Assembly (NCBI RefSeq): GCF_052425735.1
Contig: NC_135769.1
Location: forward strand, 24,862,001 to 24,926,000
Origin: Oculina patagonica
Taxonomy: Eukaryota
Direction of reading: 5' to 3'
Length of the DNA stretch: 64,000 bases
Shown: piece after piece, positions 1 to 13,451 of the stretch
Layout: the number at the start of each line of letters is the position of its first letter
How positions within the stretch are numbered: position 1 is the stretch's first letter
Program-made: the position numbers and the translations under genes
Notes under the pieces: model-generated
What the model was told of the DNA's origin: nothing
What the model saw: only the letters and a program-made list of their open reading frames with translations
Database searches by the model: none

Positions 1-943
1 GGTATACTTTCCGGGAAAATTTTCATTTTTCTAACCCCGGAAGCGCTATTTTAGGCATTCTGGTAGAAGTTTTGCACTATTTTAGATACTAACGTACAAC
101 ATTTATAGGTAATTATTTTGAGTGTCCCCCCTCACACATCCCCTTGAAGCCATATTTTTTTGGCCTGCCCCCCACCACCCCATAAACAATGAACGGTCCT
201 AAAAGTATCGGGGTTGAAGATCACTTTTTATATCAATGGTCAAACATCCCAAGTGTAGACGAATTTACATTGTTGACAGATGAACAATCAAACAGAACAA
301 AGGACGAACCAATCAGGCGAAAATCCACAGGAAAAAAAATTGGTATTTGATTGAATGCAGATCACCCTCAGTAATGTGACTGATTACAGATAGATATGGA
401 CTCATGAACCATTCCTACGGATAATTCACAATTCAGATATCAGGATCAGATAAGAAGATAATGTTTGCGCACGACGACCTAACCACTATTCATTATTCCT
501 TTACTGGAAATGACTTATTCATTATTCCAAGCATTGAAACCTCAAATATTCCTTATTCATTTAATTCTGTTTTAGCCCGTTATTCATTATTCATTATACC
601 CCTTCCACCCAATTTTTCGAAAACTTTCGCTTTAATGCCAAAAGTTAACGCCGTCCCTGGAAAGTTAAGGTTTATACGCCGCTTATGGATTGGAAATTTG
701 ATAATTCATCTCCACAAAGTGTCCCAGCTTGAACTATTCTTTCACCGTACTATTTCTTTAACAATTTCTTGCAAAAGTTTGCCCACTTTCGAGTCAAAAG
801 TTCGAGGCGGCAAAGACGGATGTGACGTCAATTTTTGCGTTTGACCGCTGTGAATCACACAACGGCGTGACCTTCACAGCGGTCAAACGCAGCGCGCGTG
901 CGCAGTTCCTGTGTAATTCCCGCCAAAATTTTCCATACAAAGT

Positions 944-1025
944 CATTCTCGTTCCCAGAGCCCGCGTTCCCCTGGACCAGCGGTCGGGAAACTCCAGGGG
1001 AACGCGGGCTCTGGGAACGAGAATG
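944..1025. mobile_element. Palindromic MITE with 9-bp TSD (AcademH-type)
   Basis: cattctcgttcccagag...ctctgggaacgagaatg; TSD atacaaagt. Confidence 0.8.
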
Positions 1026-1367
1026 ATACAAAGTCTAAAATTTTCCGAAAACTTTCGCTTTAAACGCCGTCCCTGGAAAGTTAAGGTTTATACGCCGCTT
1101 ATGGATTGCAAATTTGACAATTCATCTTCACTGAGTGTCCCAGCTTGAACTGTTCTTTCAACGTACTATTTCTTTAACAATTTCTTACAAAAGTTTGCCC
1201 ACTTTCAAGTCGAAAGTTCGAGGCGGCGAAGACCGGATGTGACATCAACTTTTGCGTTTGACCGCTGTGTGGGCGTGACCCGTTTCATTGGGAAATGCCC
1301 TATTTTTGTGACCAACAGCAAAATACAACAAATTATGTGCCAGTAAAAAAAATCTTCACGGTTGTGA

Positions 1368-1818
1368 GAGGGTCTGAATGGGGGTACCTAGATAGCACTA
1401 AACACTTATTTTTTTCTTGGCTCTGTAACATGAAACAGTTTAATTTTTTTGGCATTTTAACACTAACAGTAAAAAAGTCACTGTAACAGTAAATTTTATC
1501 CAGAAAAAAAAAAACGGCTTCAAAAAAGCCAATATTATTTTATTTAGTATATGAAGAATATTCCCAAATACTGCCGAAGATTTCCGGTGAGAAGTCCGAA
1601 AATTTTCTCTGAATTCATAAGTGATTTTATCCGATTTTTGAATATCAGATAAGAATTTACAATGCTAAATTTGAAATGAAAAAAAAAAACCCTCCAAACA
1701 CTTAACAGTATTTTCTCTGAAATCAGTAAGTACTCAAAAATTAAATTGGCCAATGGAACAGCAAACACTAAAAATTATGGGCAAATAATACTTAACACTA
1801 AACCCCATTTAGACCCTC
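1368..1818. mobile_element. MITE of the same GAGGG...CCCTC family (truncated paralog at 8734-9085)
   Basis: TIR gagggtctgaatgggg / ccccatttagaccctc; flanks ttgtga / ttgtca. Confidence 0.75.
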
Positions 1819-2523
1819 TTGTCAGATAGTTCTTGTCTCTTAACGCTTACTTTTTGCACTCAACCCCAACAAGTACCATTTTGACAAAACATCTTTTTTA
1901 AAAGTATGCGTGAATAATTTCCAATTCTTATCATCCAATCAGAAAACAGTGAGGGTACCGTGACGTCAACATGTTGCTAAGCAAATTCTTTGGCGAAAAC
2001 CGCGGGCGCGGACAACTCTTGAAGACTGGATCTTGCATCAGTACATTACTGGTACTTATTCTTCTAACGAAATAAGAACACGAGATTGACACGAGACGGT
2101 TAGATTTTACAAACTTATACAGGAATCCTTTGATTTAGACAAGACAAAATATTAGTGAGTTTGCGAAAAATGATCAAAATTGTTTTTATGTCCGACATAT
2201 AATTACCATAGATTTCGAGTTATAAGCCCTGGGTATGAGTTTGTTGTTGTCTGCAGCTTGTAGTGTTTTTCTCTTTCTGAATGGCGATTATTTAGTTTGC
2301 TTTTACAACAACTGGCATCTTACATCAAAGTCTGAAGTGAGTCGTAAGAATGGGTGCTAAGTTGTTACAGTTCATCTACATTAGACTTTAACTTAGGAAT
2401 CTGCTTTATTTTTGTATATTACATCACTGTGGAAGAAAACAACTCGAGGAAAAGATGAAATAGTAATGTTATGTTTTTTTATAGAAAGATACCGGATAGC
2501 TTCAGAAATGGCGTTTATTTAAG

Positions 2524-3249
2524 TTAAAAGTCAAACACGTGTGTGAATGGTCCATTTGTTTCAACACTTAGCACTTGTCTGTTTCCATACGTGCCTGAAA
2601 ATAAACATATAAATAAGTGAACAAAAAAAAATAGAGTGAAGAAGGGTATAACACTCAATTTAAGTGCATCGACTCCTTACTTCAATCTAAAATGCTGGTC
2701 TGCCAGACCTGGAATAACAGCGGTCAGTTTAATGCAGCCAACGTAAGTCGAACATACAAGGTGTTTGAATGCCAGGGAGAATTGTTCTGTTTCACGCGTA
2801 TGGATCTGTAGCCAAGGAAAAGCTATTGTTGTATGTGACATCGGCTGCACATATGCACCGCTGCAGTAGCTACTTTTGTCTGAAAGCGATTTTCACTAGA
2901 GTGTCGAAAGTAATTCGCATTTGCTTTGGTTTTCCATTACTACACTTGGTGAGTGGTTAAAAAAAACCTCGCACCACTTTCTCAACCAATAAGAAATGAA
3001 ACCCGCGTAACGTTTATGATTGGTTCACTGGAATGCCTGTGTCCTGTGTGATTGGCCAGAGTTTTGGTTTTACAACAATCAATCAAAAATCGCTATACAT
3101 TTGGTTTTAGCAGTTTTTAAGCCTTTAAAGGGGAAAAAACAGCAGGTACTCGTGGTTGTTAGTCATTGCATAACTGAGAGTAACTCACCGTGTTTGACAT
3201 GTTTAGGAGGGGAATCTGATAAACCTGCCGAGTTAGCATGGACTGCTTC
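2524..3249 (-). CDS. DTD2: Second, intact copy of the last two DTD2 exons (alternative 3' cassette or orphan duplicate)
   Basis: Exon 3249-3189 (tag|GAAGCA...CACG|gtgagt, [20 protein letters not shown]) and exon 2594-2524 (cag|GCACG...[26 protein letters not shown]). Paralogous to 20144-20081 and 19455-19385. Confidence 0.8.
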
Positions 3250-4608
3250 CTAAAAAAGTTTTACAGAGGAAAACTGTACTGAATCTATGCCACAAAGGTA
3301 AGGTAACTGAACTGGTAATTAAGGAAAGTTGAGGTGAGACAAGGCGAGGGAAGGGAAGGGAAGAGAAGGGAAGAGAAGGCGAGGGAATAGGAGACGTCTG
3401 AGCGCAGGCTAGATCGCAAGTTACTGTGATCACAGGCCCCTCTTAATCTCTTGCTATCTCTGCGTCTTTTTTAAATTTTATTCCAGGAAAGAAGTTTAGG
3501 CTCAAGGAAAGTTGAAATACTACTGACAAAAAGTTTGGAAACTGGGAAGGACATTTGGTCTGACTTAAATTAAAGTTTGCTTCAGTCTACAGGAACTTGA
3601 CCACTTTATTTCAGCAGAGTCTGGTTTTCCTGCGCGAAATACTCGGAAAGAAGATGCACGGGCGCCTACTATCTCAGCAGAGAGACGCGAGCTAAACCGG
3701 AATACAGACTTTCTTATTGATCAATGAGTAAGAGTTCTAATCCAGCATACAAGTGAATATTATTTTAGCTTATTAATTTTATAAACCTACTTGACAAGGT
3801 TAGTAACACCTATATGCAATTTGTCTCATATTACATCAATTACACAGGCAATTTATGCGTACTCGAAGGGCGAACTAAAAACCATAGAAAACGCATCCTT
3901 TGGTAGAACAAAATATTTATTTTTGGTTAAAGAAAGTATGTTTCGCTTTGCTGAACGCCTTTACATCAACAAAATTATAGTGTCTTGCTCCTGAGCTACA
4001 AAAACAACCACGACTCGAAGATCGTTTGGGGTTAACTCGTTTTCTGAATTTCGATAAATTGCTAACTGAAAATTGTTTGGGAATATTTTTGGAAAGTGAG
4101 CGATACAACAATTGAAAACACATTATTTTCATTTGCCATTCTTTTTAACTTGTAACGTTTTGACAGTCGCAGAAGTCTTAAATAGTGTTTTCAACCGTCT
4201 GTTGAAATTTAAAGTTTGTAGGCAAGTGAAAAGGCAACCCGTCGCCGGTTTCCATAGACGAGCTCACAAAACAAACATGAGGAACTTTCGTATTTTAACG
4301 AGAGAGTTATGAACATAAGTACCTTAAACGTTCACATGGAAAGTATGTCCTTATTAAGTTTCGTCGTATTTAATTACTGAACAACACATAGAAAATTTAT
4401 AATTTATCTATTTGCGGCGCCGGCAGCAAGACAAGAAATAAACTAGCTGCACACTTTGAAGTATATTCGAAAAGCATGAATGAAATCATGATTGTTCAGT
4501 GAATTTAACTCGTATTTTCATTTATATATAAACAAGTACATTACCTTAAAGTTCTCAGATTAACTTCTCGAAAAAAAGCTCCAATTTCCGAATCCGAGAA
4601 GCAGAGCA

Positions 4609-5043
4609 TTAGGCTTGCATTTCTATTAAAATGCGGTTCTCGAACTTTGAGTTCAGGTCTAGAAATAATGCTTTCACCGCTCTGCACGCAAATGGTCTAC
4701 AAAGACACCCTTTAGAACCACAGAAATAGTCACTAAAGTCTTTCTTTTTCTTGTCTAGCCGTCCTGTCCTTACACTTCGAAAAAGGGCTTGATCATGAAG
4801 CAGAAAGTTGTTGTCACATGAACCAATTAAACTGGTGTACCTTGTATATAGTCGTCGTGCTCGATTTTGACCGCTCTGGACAGGGACAGCCGGAAATTTT
4901 CCACAATAGCAATAAACCTGTGCCAAGATGTAAAAAGACATCTTCAATATGTAATAGCTGTCTTTTTCTCTTGACTTCCATTCATTTAAAGTGTTTTTAC
5001 ATTTTGAGTCGAGGCAGTCAGTTTCTTTTTCGCTCGCTGCCAT
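4609..5043 (-). pseudogene. Possible degenerate Crypton (tyrosine-recombinase transposon, DUF3504-type) fragment
   Basis: Pattern KNT..EW...ILKMS...LA...FRSVRT.LDKKKKD...GSK...PF...ALF loosely resembles Crypton N-terminal regions; lies in sequence absent from the paralogous unit. Confidence 0.35.
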
Positions 5044-5458
5044 CTCCACTCTGATCTGACTACAAAACACAACACATTCTACTGGATGCTCCGATTTTTT
5101 TTAGCGACTTCAATGCTGTCATCATCGACAGAAGAGGAGACCAGTGATTCGAATCCGGTAGGTTAAAACCCTCACTAAATGCACGTTTTGATAAACAACA
5201 AGTTGAACAGTAAGAAATTTCGTGATGCCGTGCGCTTGTTTTCAGCAGTTCGGCTCTTCTTGCTCAACTTCAAAAATCTGTTCAACCAATCAAAGGCGCG
5301 CTGTAAAAAATACTTTTACGCTATTGGTTACTAGTTCACGGCAAAAGCCGTCTACGTCATTTTCTCGCGAGCCTCTTGCGCGAGGCTTGTTCTAAAAATA
5401 GCCTACACGCGAATCTGATAGCACAACATCCATTACCAGAGATGTAGACTTCTGGATT

Positions 5459-6339
5459 ATAGCGGAGCTCCTAAGCGTAGCACCACAACCATGAAAGAAG
5501 GAACACTATCGAAATGAGTTTTCATGGTAAACATGGATAGCGGCATGGTTCGCGGGCGCGTACGGCGTACATACGTACGTACGGAGTCGCGCAACATGGC
5601 GGCCATACGGTGACGGTGAAGAGTGAAGCAAGAAGGCCGTATAAAGGCGGCCTTTAAAATTTAAAGAGGTTTGAAAAGAAAAACAAGAAGCAATGAAACA
5701 AAATGTGGCTGAAAATTACGTGTAGAAAGTAATCGACTGCCAGAAAAGTGGACATTGAGAGCCATAATCGATCGATGACTTTCGTGTCTATCTGTAAAGC
5801 CAGCATCGTACATGAAGGAGCATTCGAAAGCTAAATCGGGTTGATATAATAAACAAACCATTTCATTACTACGGGGGACGCTACGGGGTAAACTTGACCC
5901 TCTGGGATTTGAACTCACGACCTCCCGAGCCGCAGACTGGCACCTTACCGATTGAGCTAATCCGACAGACTCTGTAATGCACGTTGAATATATCCTGTAT
6001 CAATGTAATAGATATTGTGGAGTCTACTAAACTGCTGCGAAACTATAACAGGATCGCGAAACTATTTTCTATTGCTAGAAAGCAGATAATTTACTGTACT
6101 CTAAAGTAATTTTTCGTGCCATGAGTAATGATTTTGCCCCGCTTTAAGATTATTATTTTTTGTCGTACTGCTGACATTCAGTTTAACCGTGAGCTATTTA
6201 AATTTGTCTTGCACCTATAAACCACCATAAACATTAGTACTTTGGCCGCTTATTCACTAGAATGAAAACATTGTAAGCTCCAGTGAAAATTAAATAAATG
6301 GGGAGCTCCGCTTTTAGGCGTGCCTAAATCTATATATTG
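5459..6339 (+). mobile_element. Non-autonomous Helentron/DINE-like element containing a tRNA-derived segment (5898-5967, minus strand)
   Basis: Sub-TIRs agcggagctcc (5461) / ggagctccgct (6302) followed by hairpin tttaggc-gt-gcctaaa. Internal A box tagctcaatcgg and B box gagttcaaatccc on the minus strand. Confidence 0.55.
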
Positions 6340-6435
6340 TACTTCTGATTACAATACTAAGTAGGGCTTGCTGTTGGCTGCTTGCTTACGGATTCATAGC
6401 TTAGATAGTTGGGCATTGCTTGTTGAAACCCTTTT

Positions 6436-6815
6436 TTGAACGCCTTACGCCCAATAAAATGTTTCGTTTCCCATCGCCCGACCGACCCATTTTTTTCGAA
6501 AAGTAAAAAAAAAAAAAAAAAAAATCCATATTCACTAGTCAAAGAAGCAAGTACTTCAATTTACAAGCACACGATCTTGTTTATGATCTCTTTGTCTTTA
6601 ATAAACATCGATACTACGTTATTTAAAGACTCTTAAGGAATAACGAACGAAAAGACCACGTTTTCGAGTTGACTTTGTAATCAGGCTTTCTTACTTAGCA
6701 GCCCGGCCTTTTCAAGTGTTCATTCTTTTTTATTTTTTTTTTACCCGACCGACCGACCCACCATCACAAGAGACGGGGCGATGGGAAACGAAACATTTTA
6801 TTGGGATGGCCTTAA
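6436..6815. mobile_element. MITE
   Basis: cccaataaaatgtttcgtttcccatcgccc is inverted at 6776-6806. Confidence 0.7.
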
Positions 6816-7150
6816 CTGCCTTTATTGTATTCTACTCTAACTTCGGACTGAAATACAGTTATGGTTTTCTAAACATTGTTTTCTTAAATTATACTAGTTC
6901 TATCCCAGTCATCGTAAGCTTGTATTTGCTACATTTACAGTGTAATTACAAGTAATGGAAGCGTGAAAGGTTTATAGGATTTTAGGGACCCAACCTCATT
7001 CCAGGATTGGTAGAAAGGTCCCCCCGATTGAAGTTACGTTCTTACAAGCAGTACTCCAAGAACCGTCGTGAACAGAAAACTCTATATGTACAACTGCCAG
7101 ATCGGGCCACTCTCTAACACCTATAAAGACCGGCCCTACAATGGAAAGCT

Positions 7151-8479
7151 CTAGCCGATAAAGAAAAGAGCAGGAAACTGGCCTCTAGTTTCAGTGGTTC
7201 CGTTAGCTGTGCCGCCCGAAGTACGGAAGGTAAATCGCACTCCTTGTGACTCCACCGTTTTTTGTCCTCCTTCTCCATACCATGACTTGGGGCCCGTGAT
7301 AAGTGACATTAACTTATACTCCTTATTTTTCTCCAGATAGACTGGACGACCAAACCGTACATCAAAGCCGTAATAAGAATCAGTCTCGTCCTTTACTGAG
7401 GCATAGGATCCTGACTGCTTCACCAGAGAAGAGCCATCTGCGGCATCTTGAACTTCCGTGGAAACCTTGTACTGCCCACCTTCAGAGCCAAAATGTTGAA
7501 CTCCAAATAACTTGATGGGCTTGGCGACTGTAAAATTAATGCAGTCATTATAACCGGAGTAGTTCCAACCCTGAGAGTCTTTTGGCGGAGAAACAATCTT
7601 ATTAAATCTGTGGCATCGATGTGTAGGTAATCCAGATCTTGAGGCTTGTAAGAATGGCAAAGGAAATGTTAAAACACCGTTGAAGTGTTTCATCATAAAG
7701 CCGATCTCATTAAAGGTAAGAATGTAAGAATCAAATACAGAAGAGACAAACTCCTTCTGTGACATCAATGGAAACCTTATCGCTTTTACGATCTCCTCTC
7801 CCAGAATTCGTCTCTTTGCTTCTTCATCATGAGCGGTCCCTTGCCTTTCACTTTCTTTTATGGCCCAGCGTTCTACGGCTTTAAACAGTTCCACTTCCTT
7901 TACGTTCAACCGTTCTCTCTTCACAACAGACTCGACAAGGGATCGCTCAAGTGTGACAAATTCATCTGACGTCACAGCTTCTTCTGTCTGCTTCTCAATC
8001 ACTTCCCAGCATCGATCTTCCAAATCTTTATCTTCAAATTTCTGAGCGTGCGGCAGAATGCAGAACACGTTTGATGCTTTCAAATTGCTTCGCAGATATT
8101 CGGTACATTTCCCAGCGAGTGAAGGCATCATATATTTGTTCGCCAAGTACAGCACTTGCATCACATTACTTCCGCTTAAACTCACTTGGTCGCTGTACAA
8201 GAAACGAAACAACTCCAACAGACTCTCGTAGTCACAGTCAGGCAGTTCAATAGAGTCTGTAGTCTCCGCCATTTGACCATAGAACATGGCAAAGAACACA
8301 GGACTACTGATTGCAAGCACAAACTTGTGAGCTGGGATCACCTTCTTACTTTCACTTTCGCCAGTAGACACTGGAACAACAAATTTCACATCGCTCAATA
8401 TCTCGTTGTTGAATATGAAGGTCATTCTCTCGACGACAGTTGATCGTTTCGTCTGCCAGTTCTCTTCCACAATAGCCAT
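7151..8479 (-). CDS. Intronless BTB-BACK-PHR protein (BTBD6/BTBD3-like Cullin3 adaptor), copy A, 442 aa
   Basis: ORF with BTB motif (SDVKFVV...[21 protein letters not shown]), BACK region (ELFKAVERWA...IRFPLMS) and PHR terminus (NGT..GQFP). Confidence 0.93.
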   Translation of the reverse strand: MAIVEENWQTKRSTVVERMTFIFNNEILSDVKFVVPVSTGESESKKVIPAHKFVLAISSPVFFAMFYGQMAETTDSIELPDCDYESLLELFRFLYSDQVSLSGSNVMQVLYLANKYMMPSLAGKCTEYLRSNLKASNVFCILPHAQKFEDKDLEDRCWEVIEKQTEEAVTSDEFVTLERSLVESVVKRERLNVKEVELFKAVERWAIKESERQGTAHDEEAKRRILGEEIVKAIRFPLMSQKEFVSSVFDSYILTFNEIGFMMKHFNGVLTFPLPFLQASRSGLPTHRCHRFNKIVSPPKDSQGWNYSGYNDCINFTVAKPIKLFGVQHFGSEGGQYKVSTEVQDAADGSSLVKQSGSYASVKDETDSYYGFDVRFGRPVYLEKNKEYKLMSLITGPKSWYGEGGQKTVESQGVRFTFRTSGGTANGTTETRGQFPALFFIG

Positions 8480-11400
8480 AATCCTTGCTATTTTGGTCTC
8501 TTCGCAGTTTTATTCGATACAGAAATGTTTCGATCGAAGGATCTTTTCAGTCGACACTCTTGTCTCATCGAAAACGAAAGAGGAAGTACTAGCGCAACCG
8601 CTCAACAAGTGACCGGCCAACATGTCACACAACGGCGTGACCCGTTTCATTGGGAAATGCCCTATTTTTGTGACCAACAGCAAAAGACAACAAACTAAAT
8701 GATGTGCCAGTAAAAAAATCTTCACGGTTGTTAGAGGGTCTGAATGGGGGTACCTAGATAGCACTAAACACTTATTTTTTCTTGGCTCTGTAACATGAAA
8801 CAGTTAAATTTTAGGCATTTTAACACTAACAGTAAAAAAGTCACTGTAACAGTAAATTTTATCCAGAAAAGAAAAAAAAAACGGCTTCAAAAAAGCCAAT
8901 ATTATTTTATTCCCAAATACTGCCGAAGATTTCCGAAGACTACCGAAGATTTCCGGTGAGAAGTCCGAACATTTTCTCTGAGTTCATAAGTTATTATATC
9001 CGATTTTTGAATATCGGATAAGAATTTACAATGCTAAATTTTTTCATGAAAAACCCTCCAAACACTAAACAGTATTTTTTCTGAAGATGAAGATAGTTGG
9101 TCTGGACAGATAATCCGTCTGTTTTCCCGTATTTATACACAGACGAATTATCGGACGAACTAAAAAATGCTCGCCTAATTAAAATGCAAGTTCATCCAGA
9201 CGGATCATCCGTCTCTAGTATAAATCGGGCCATTGTTGAAGCCTCAAATGTAATAAATGTCCCTAAATGTAATAAAGGTCCTAAGTGTAATAACGTTTGG
9301 TCCTAAATGTAATAAAGGTCCTAAGTGTAATAAATTTTGGTCCTAAATGTAATAAAGGTCTTAAGTGTAATAACTTTTGGTCCTAAATGTAATAAAGGTC
9401 CTAAGTGTAATAATTTTTTGTCCTAAATGTAATAAATCGAAATAAAGGCGCTAAGTGTAACAACTTTCGGCCCTAAATAAAATAAAGGTCTTCAGTGTAA
9501 TAATAAGGTTCGGCTAAACATGAAATCATGCACGGTGCTTTTCTATTTTATTTTGCATGTCTTATTGGACATGGGCCAACGGAAACAGACGCTTATAGGT
9601 AACAACAGAAGTAGTTTACTCAAAATCCTCAATAGTGCAGAATGAAGTATTGTGATGGTTGTTTTAGTCCAGCCATATGGTGCAAAAAAATACTGGAATT
9701 GTGCACTTCGGGGTAAAAGCACCAAATTTGGCATGGGGATGGGCACAATCTGAGTCAGATGCATGTAAGCCTCAGTGGACCACATCACCTGAAGCATCAA
9801 CAGTATGCCAGGGTGCTGGTGATATGAGGGTGCAAACCTGAGTTAGGTTGCAGAACATTGTTCAAGACTGGCATGTCTTGGACTGCGCTTCGTACATGCT
9901 GTGGGGAATGCGAGGGAGAGGATTAAGTTTGCTTACTTTACAAAGTAAAAAAAAACATGATATGTACTCCCCCACCCCTCCCCTGCCAGATGACATATCT
10001 CAGGACATCGTGCACTGTTAGTATGGCAAATTCAGCTCAACTCTTCGCCTTTTCGGTAAATTACAGCAATTTGTTTCAATATTGCAACTACCCCCCCCCC
10101 TAAGTACAAAAACCTCCCCCCTTGATGGGGACAATACGTAATATTGTTCAGCAACTTGAACAGTAATAGTCCAGGCATTTTATCGCATAAAATAGGTCAA
10201 CCTGATACTAATTGCAACAGAAGGTTTTTTAACGGCTTTTGATCCAGAAACATGTCCTCTATAACATATCAAAAGTCTCTGAAAATCTGAGCAGGGGAAG
10301 GTGACTAAAAACGGGTTTTTTTAGAACCCTGTATCGTCCCTGTATAATGCAGCATGGAAACGAGGCTACTGTACTATCTGCTGTGTTGCTCGAGTTTAAT
10401 GCTACGTTTGGCATGGGCTAGCAGGGAAAGAAATATGTTTGTGTGTTTTCCTGATAGTTAACTCCAATTACATGTAGATTAGATCAGATAATTGCTTTAA
10501 GAAGATGATTAATTCTATAAAAATACACAAATCGACACAAAGCTTGTAGAAAGCGTCTGCGCTGTTGCTTATCTGTTTGAGGTATTTAGCGAAGGAATTT
10601 GTTTTCCGCTAGCAAAGTTAAAACATAAAAAAAGAAGTTTTTAAGCTAAAATAAACATGGATGTCATGTGCTAAGGTTATGCAGTTCAAAAAAAATCATT
10701 GTGGCCTGTGTAGTGAATCCCAAATTGAGTTTCAACTCAGTGCACGAAAACTGATATTGTATTTATCGCTTCGCGCTTCGTGCGTTATCTTTTTCTCATA
10801 ACTTAGAAATCTCTAGATCTGAATTAAAACTTTTCTAAAATGAAAATTTATCCGAACAATAAATTCGTGTTGAGCACAAAACATTTTGCCTAAAATTCAT
10901 TTTCACTGAAGACTTTATCAAAAACGTTATCAAAAACTCACGAAAGCCAATTTAAGTCACATTTACGCAATCAACCTAGACGTTTCCACAAAGCTGTTAT
11001 TAGAATTGAGATTTGTTTTGAGCAAAAAGCGTTGTTGATACATCTATCGTTGCCTTGTTGTCTTTTACGCGTTCCCATCTGCCTGTAATTTCAGAAAACA
11101 AGATACTCAACTATGTATGACACAGAAAAGTGTGTTATTTGTAAAACAAAAAAAAAAATTGACGGCGCGGGCGAGGTCGTAACGCTAAGAGAAAAGAGAA
11201 GCGCGGGAATTAATCGGGCGAGCACAGAGCGAAATGATTCTATTACTACGGTTCCTGTGCAGCAGGTTCATCAGAACTGCCGGCGAGAATATTGTCTGCC
11301 AAGTAACATCAAGCGAGCCAAGAAAATTCTTACTTCTGAAACAACTAGAGTAATCGTCGCTCTCTAACTCGCCAAGTAGAACAATATTTCATTCAAAACT

Positions 11401-12261
11401 GACTGTTTCTTTTGTGATACCAAAGTTGAGTTCGGGAAACAGAGAAAAAGACTGGTGGAAGCGTTCAGGGTTACAACAATTGAAACGAAAGGCACGATAT
11501 TAAAAATTTGTTCAGAGAGAGGGGACGAGTGGTCTGACACGATAAGAGCTAGGCTTCTAAATGTCATGATTTGCCTGCTGTTGACGCGGTTTACCACCAG
11601 ACCTGCAGTGTAAACTTCCGCACAAAGAGGAACTCAAGTTTATGAAGTGGATGAGCAACTGGCTGTCAATTGTTTCCTGTTGCGACGGACCTGCAGCCTG
11701 CGCCAGACTCGCTTTTACAGGTGCATCTGCCGTAAGAATGGTATGCAGTGCTCTCCAGCATGCGACCAGTGCAAAGGGTCCGCGTGCACTAACTTTACCA
11801 ACGCTCTGGAATACGAAAGTGAAGATTCGGAAGACTTCCTTGAATAGCATGCTTGAAGATAAGTGATAAACGTGTCTTGACCAATGTAAGAGGGTCTGAA
11901 TGGGGTTAATCGACTAGCGACAAAGGGCGAAAAATATTACCGACTACCGACAAAACGAGGAAAAAATTACCGATTAGCGACAAATAAATTCTAACCGACA
12001 ACCGACATGGTCCGATGTTATACGGACGTTTGTATTCAGAAAGAACAGCATTTTGAATTTATGTCTAGCTTAGGAAATGTCTAGTTCAGAAGTAACCACA
12101 CCAATTCAAAATTTAGTCAATTATAAAGTTTCCTGTCACTTTTTCGAGCAGCAGCGGAGGTTCATTTGTAGAACAGTGGCTGGTTATCGAGTCCACAAGG
12201 CGTCCCGCTGTTGTATTTTCATTGCGCGTTGGTTATTCATGTGGTGACAGGCCATGATTGT

Positions 12262-13054
12262 TTAAGTGCCTATGAAATGAAAATCAAGTTGAACTCATAT
12301 GAAAGGCCTTTCAAAATGAAGAAAGATGGTGTTTTCATTTTTCTGATATCTTCTCTCGTTCCAGAGATATTAACGATTTTGTATTATGCAAATTAGATAA
12401 CTGATGACGTCATAAGTTTGACAGAAATTGGTGTAAAAACACAAAATCAGTAATATCTCTGTAAATACTAAAGCAAAGTAATTGAAACTTGGCACCAGTA
12501 TTGTACCCTAAGAAATACACCACACGGTACATATAATTATGTTGCTATGGCAACACTTTTGGTCCCAGTCTATTTCTTCTTTGAATAAAATATCATGATT
12601 TATGGCTTTACAGTGAGAAGTAAATGGTGTCATTCCAAACATACGTAATGTGCTCATTGCGCTAGGCACCCAAATGACCCTAAAGATTGGGGATAAGGTT
12701 TGGAATGGATCAAAACCCGGGATTGCTATATCCACATGAAAGAGATCTGGAACCGAGATTGTTGCCATAGCAACATCAACATATGCATCATGTGGTGTAT
12801 TTCTTGGAGTACAATACTGGTGCCAAGTTTCAATTATTTTGCTTAAGTATTTACAGAGATATTACTAATTTTGTGTTTTTACACCAATTTCTGTCAAACT
12901 TATGACGTCATCAGTTATCTAATTTGCATAATACAAAATCGTTAATATCTCTGGAACGAGAAAAGATATCAGAAAAAGGAAAACACCATCTTTCTTCATT
13001 TTGAAAGGCCTTTCATATGAGTTTAACTTGATTTTCATTTCATAGGCACTTTAA
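12262..13054. mobile_element. TTAA-flanked foldback MITE with ~290-bp inverted arms (Kolobok/Crypton-like)
   Basis: 12262-12555 is the near-perfect reverse complement of 12765-13054. Confidence 0.8.
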
Positions 13055-13451
13055 AGTGATTGTAAGGCGAGGAGGTTGCCATCGAACGCCATCGTAGCCG
13101 GGTTCCGGTGGAAAAAAAAAATCTCATAAAGGTGTTTCCAAGCTAAAAAAAACATCTAACGGAGTTTTTTAGGGCTAAAGGAGCAGGCGCATTAATTTGG
13201 CATTGGCAGGTTTTCGCTGAAGTTATTTCGCCTGGCGAAAACGCTTACGGGAAAAATGCGAAAATTTGCAATTGTAACAGATGGGCAGTGGCGGTTTGAG
13301 CTTCCAAATTTAATATCGGATGAAAGTAGCAGTGAGCTCAACGGTGTGTGGAACGTTCTATTAGCCGTTTTAGTTTTAGTGTGCAGCGAAGTTAAATGTT
13401 TCACATGTAGTTCTATAGTTAAGTATTAAGCTCAAACATTAACGTGGTTAA

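Noticed and set aside
5898-5967. tRNA gene
   Set aside because: A and B boxes are present but the acceptor and anticodon stems pair poorly; SINE-like.
9245-9505. Regular ~39-bp repeats resembling a CRISPR array
   Set aside because: No unique spacers, eukaryotic context, and mirrored at 18580-18730 as part of a TIR.
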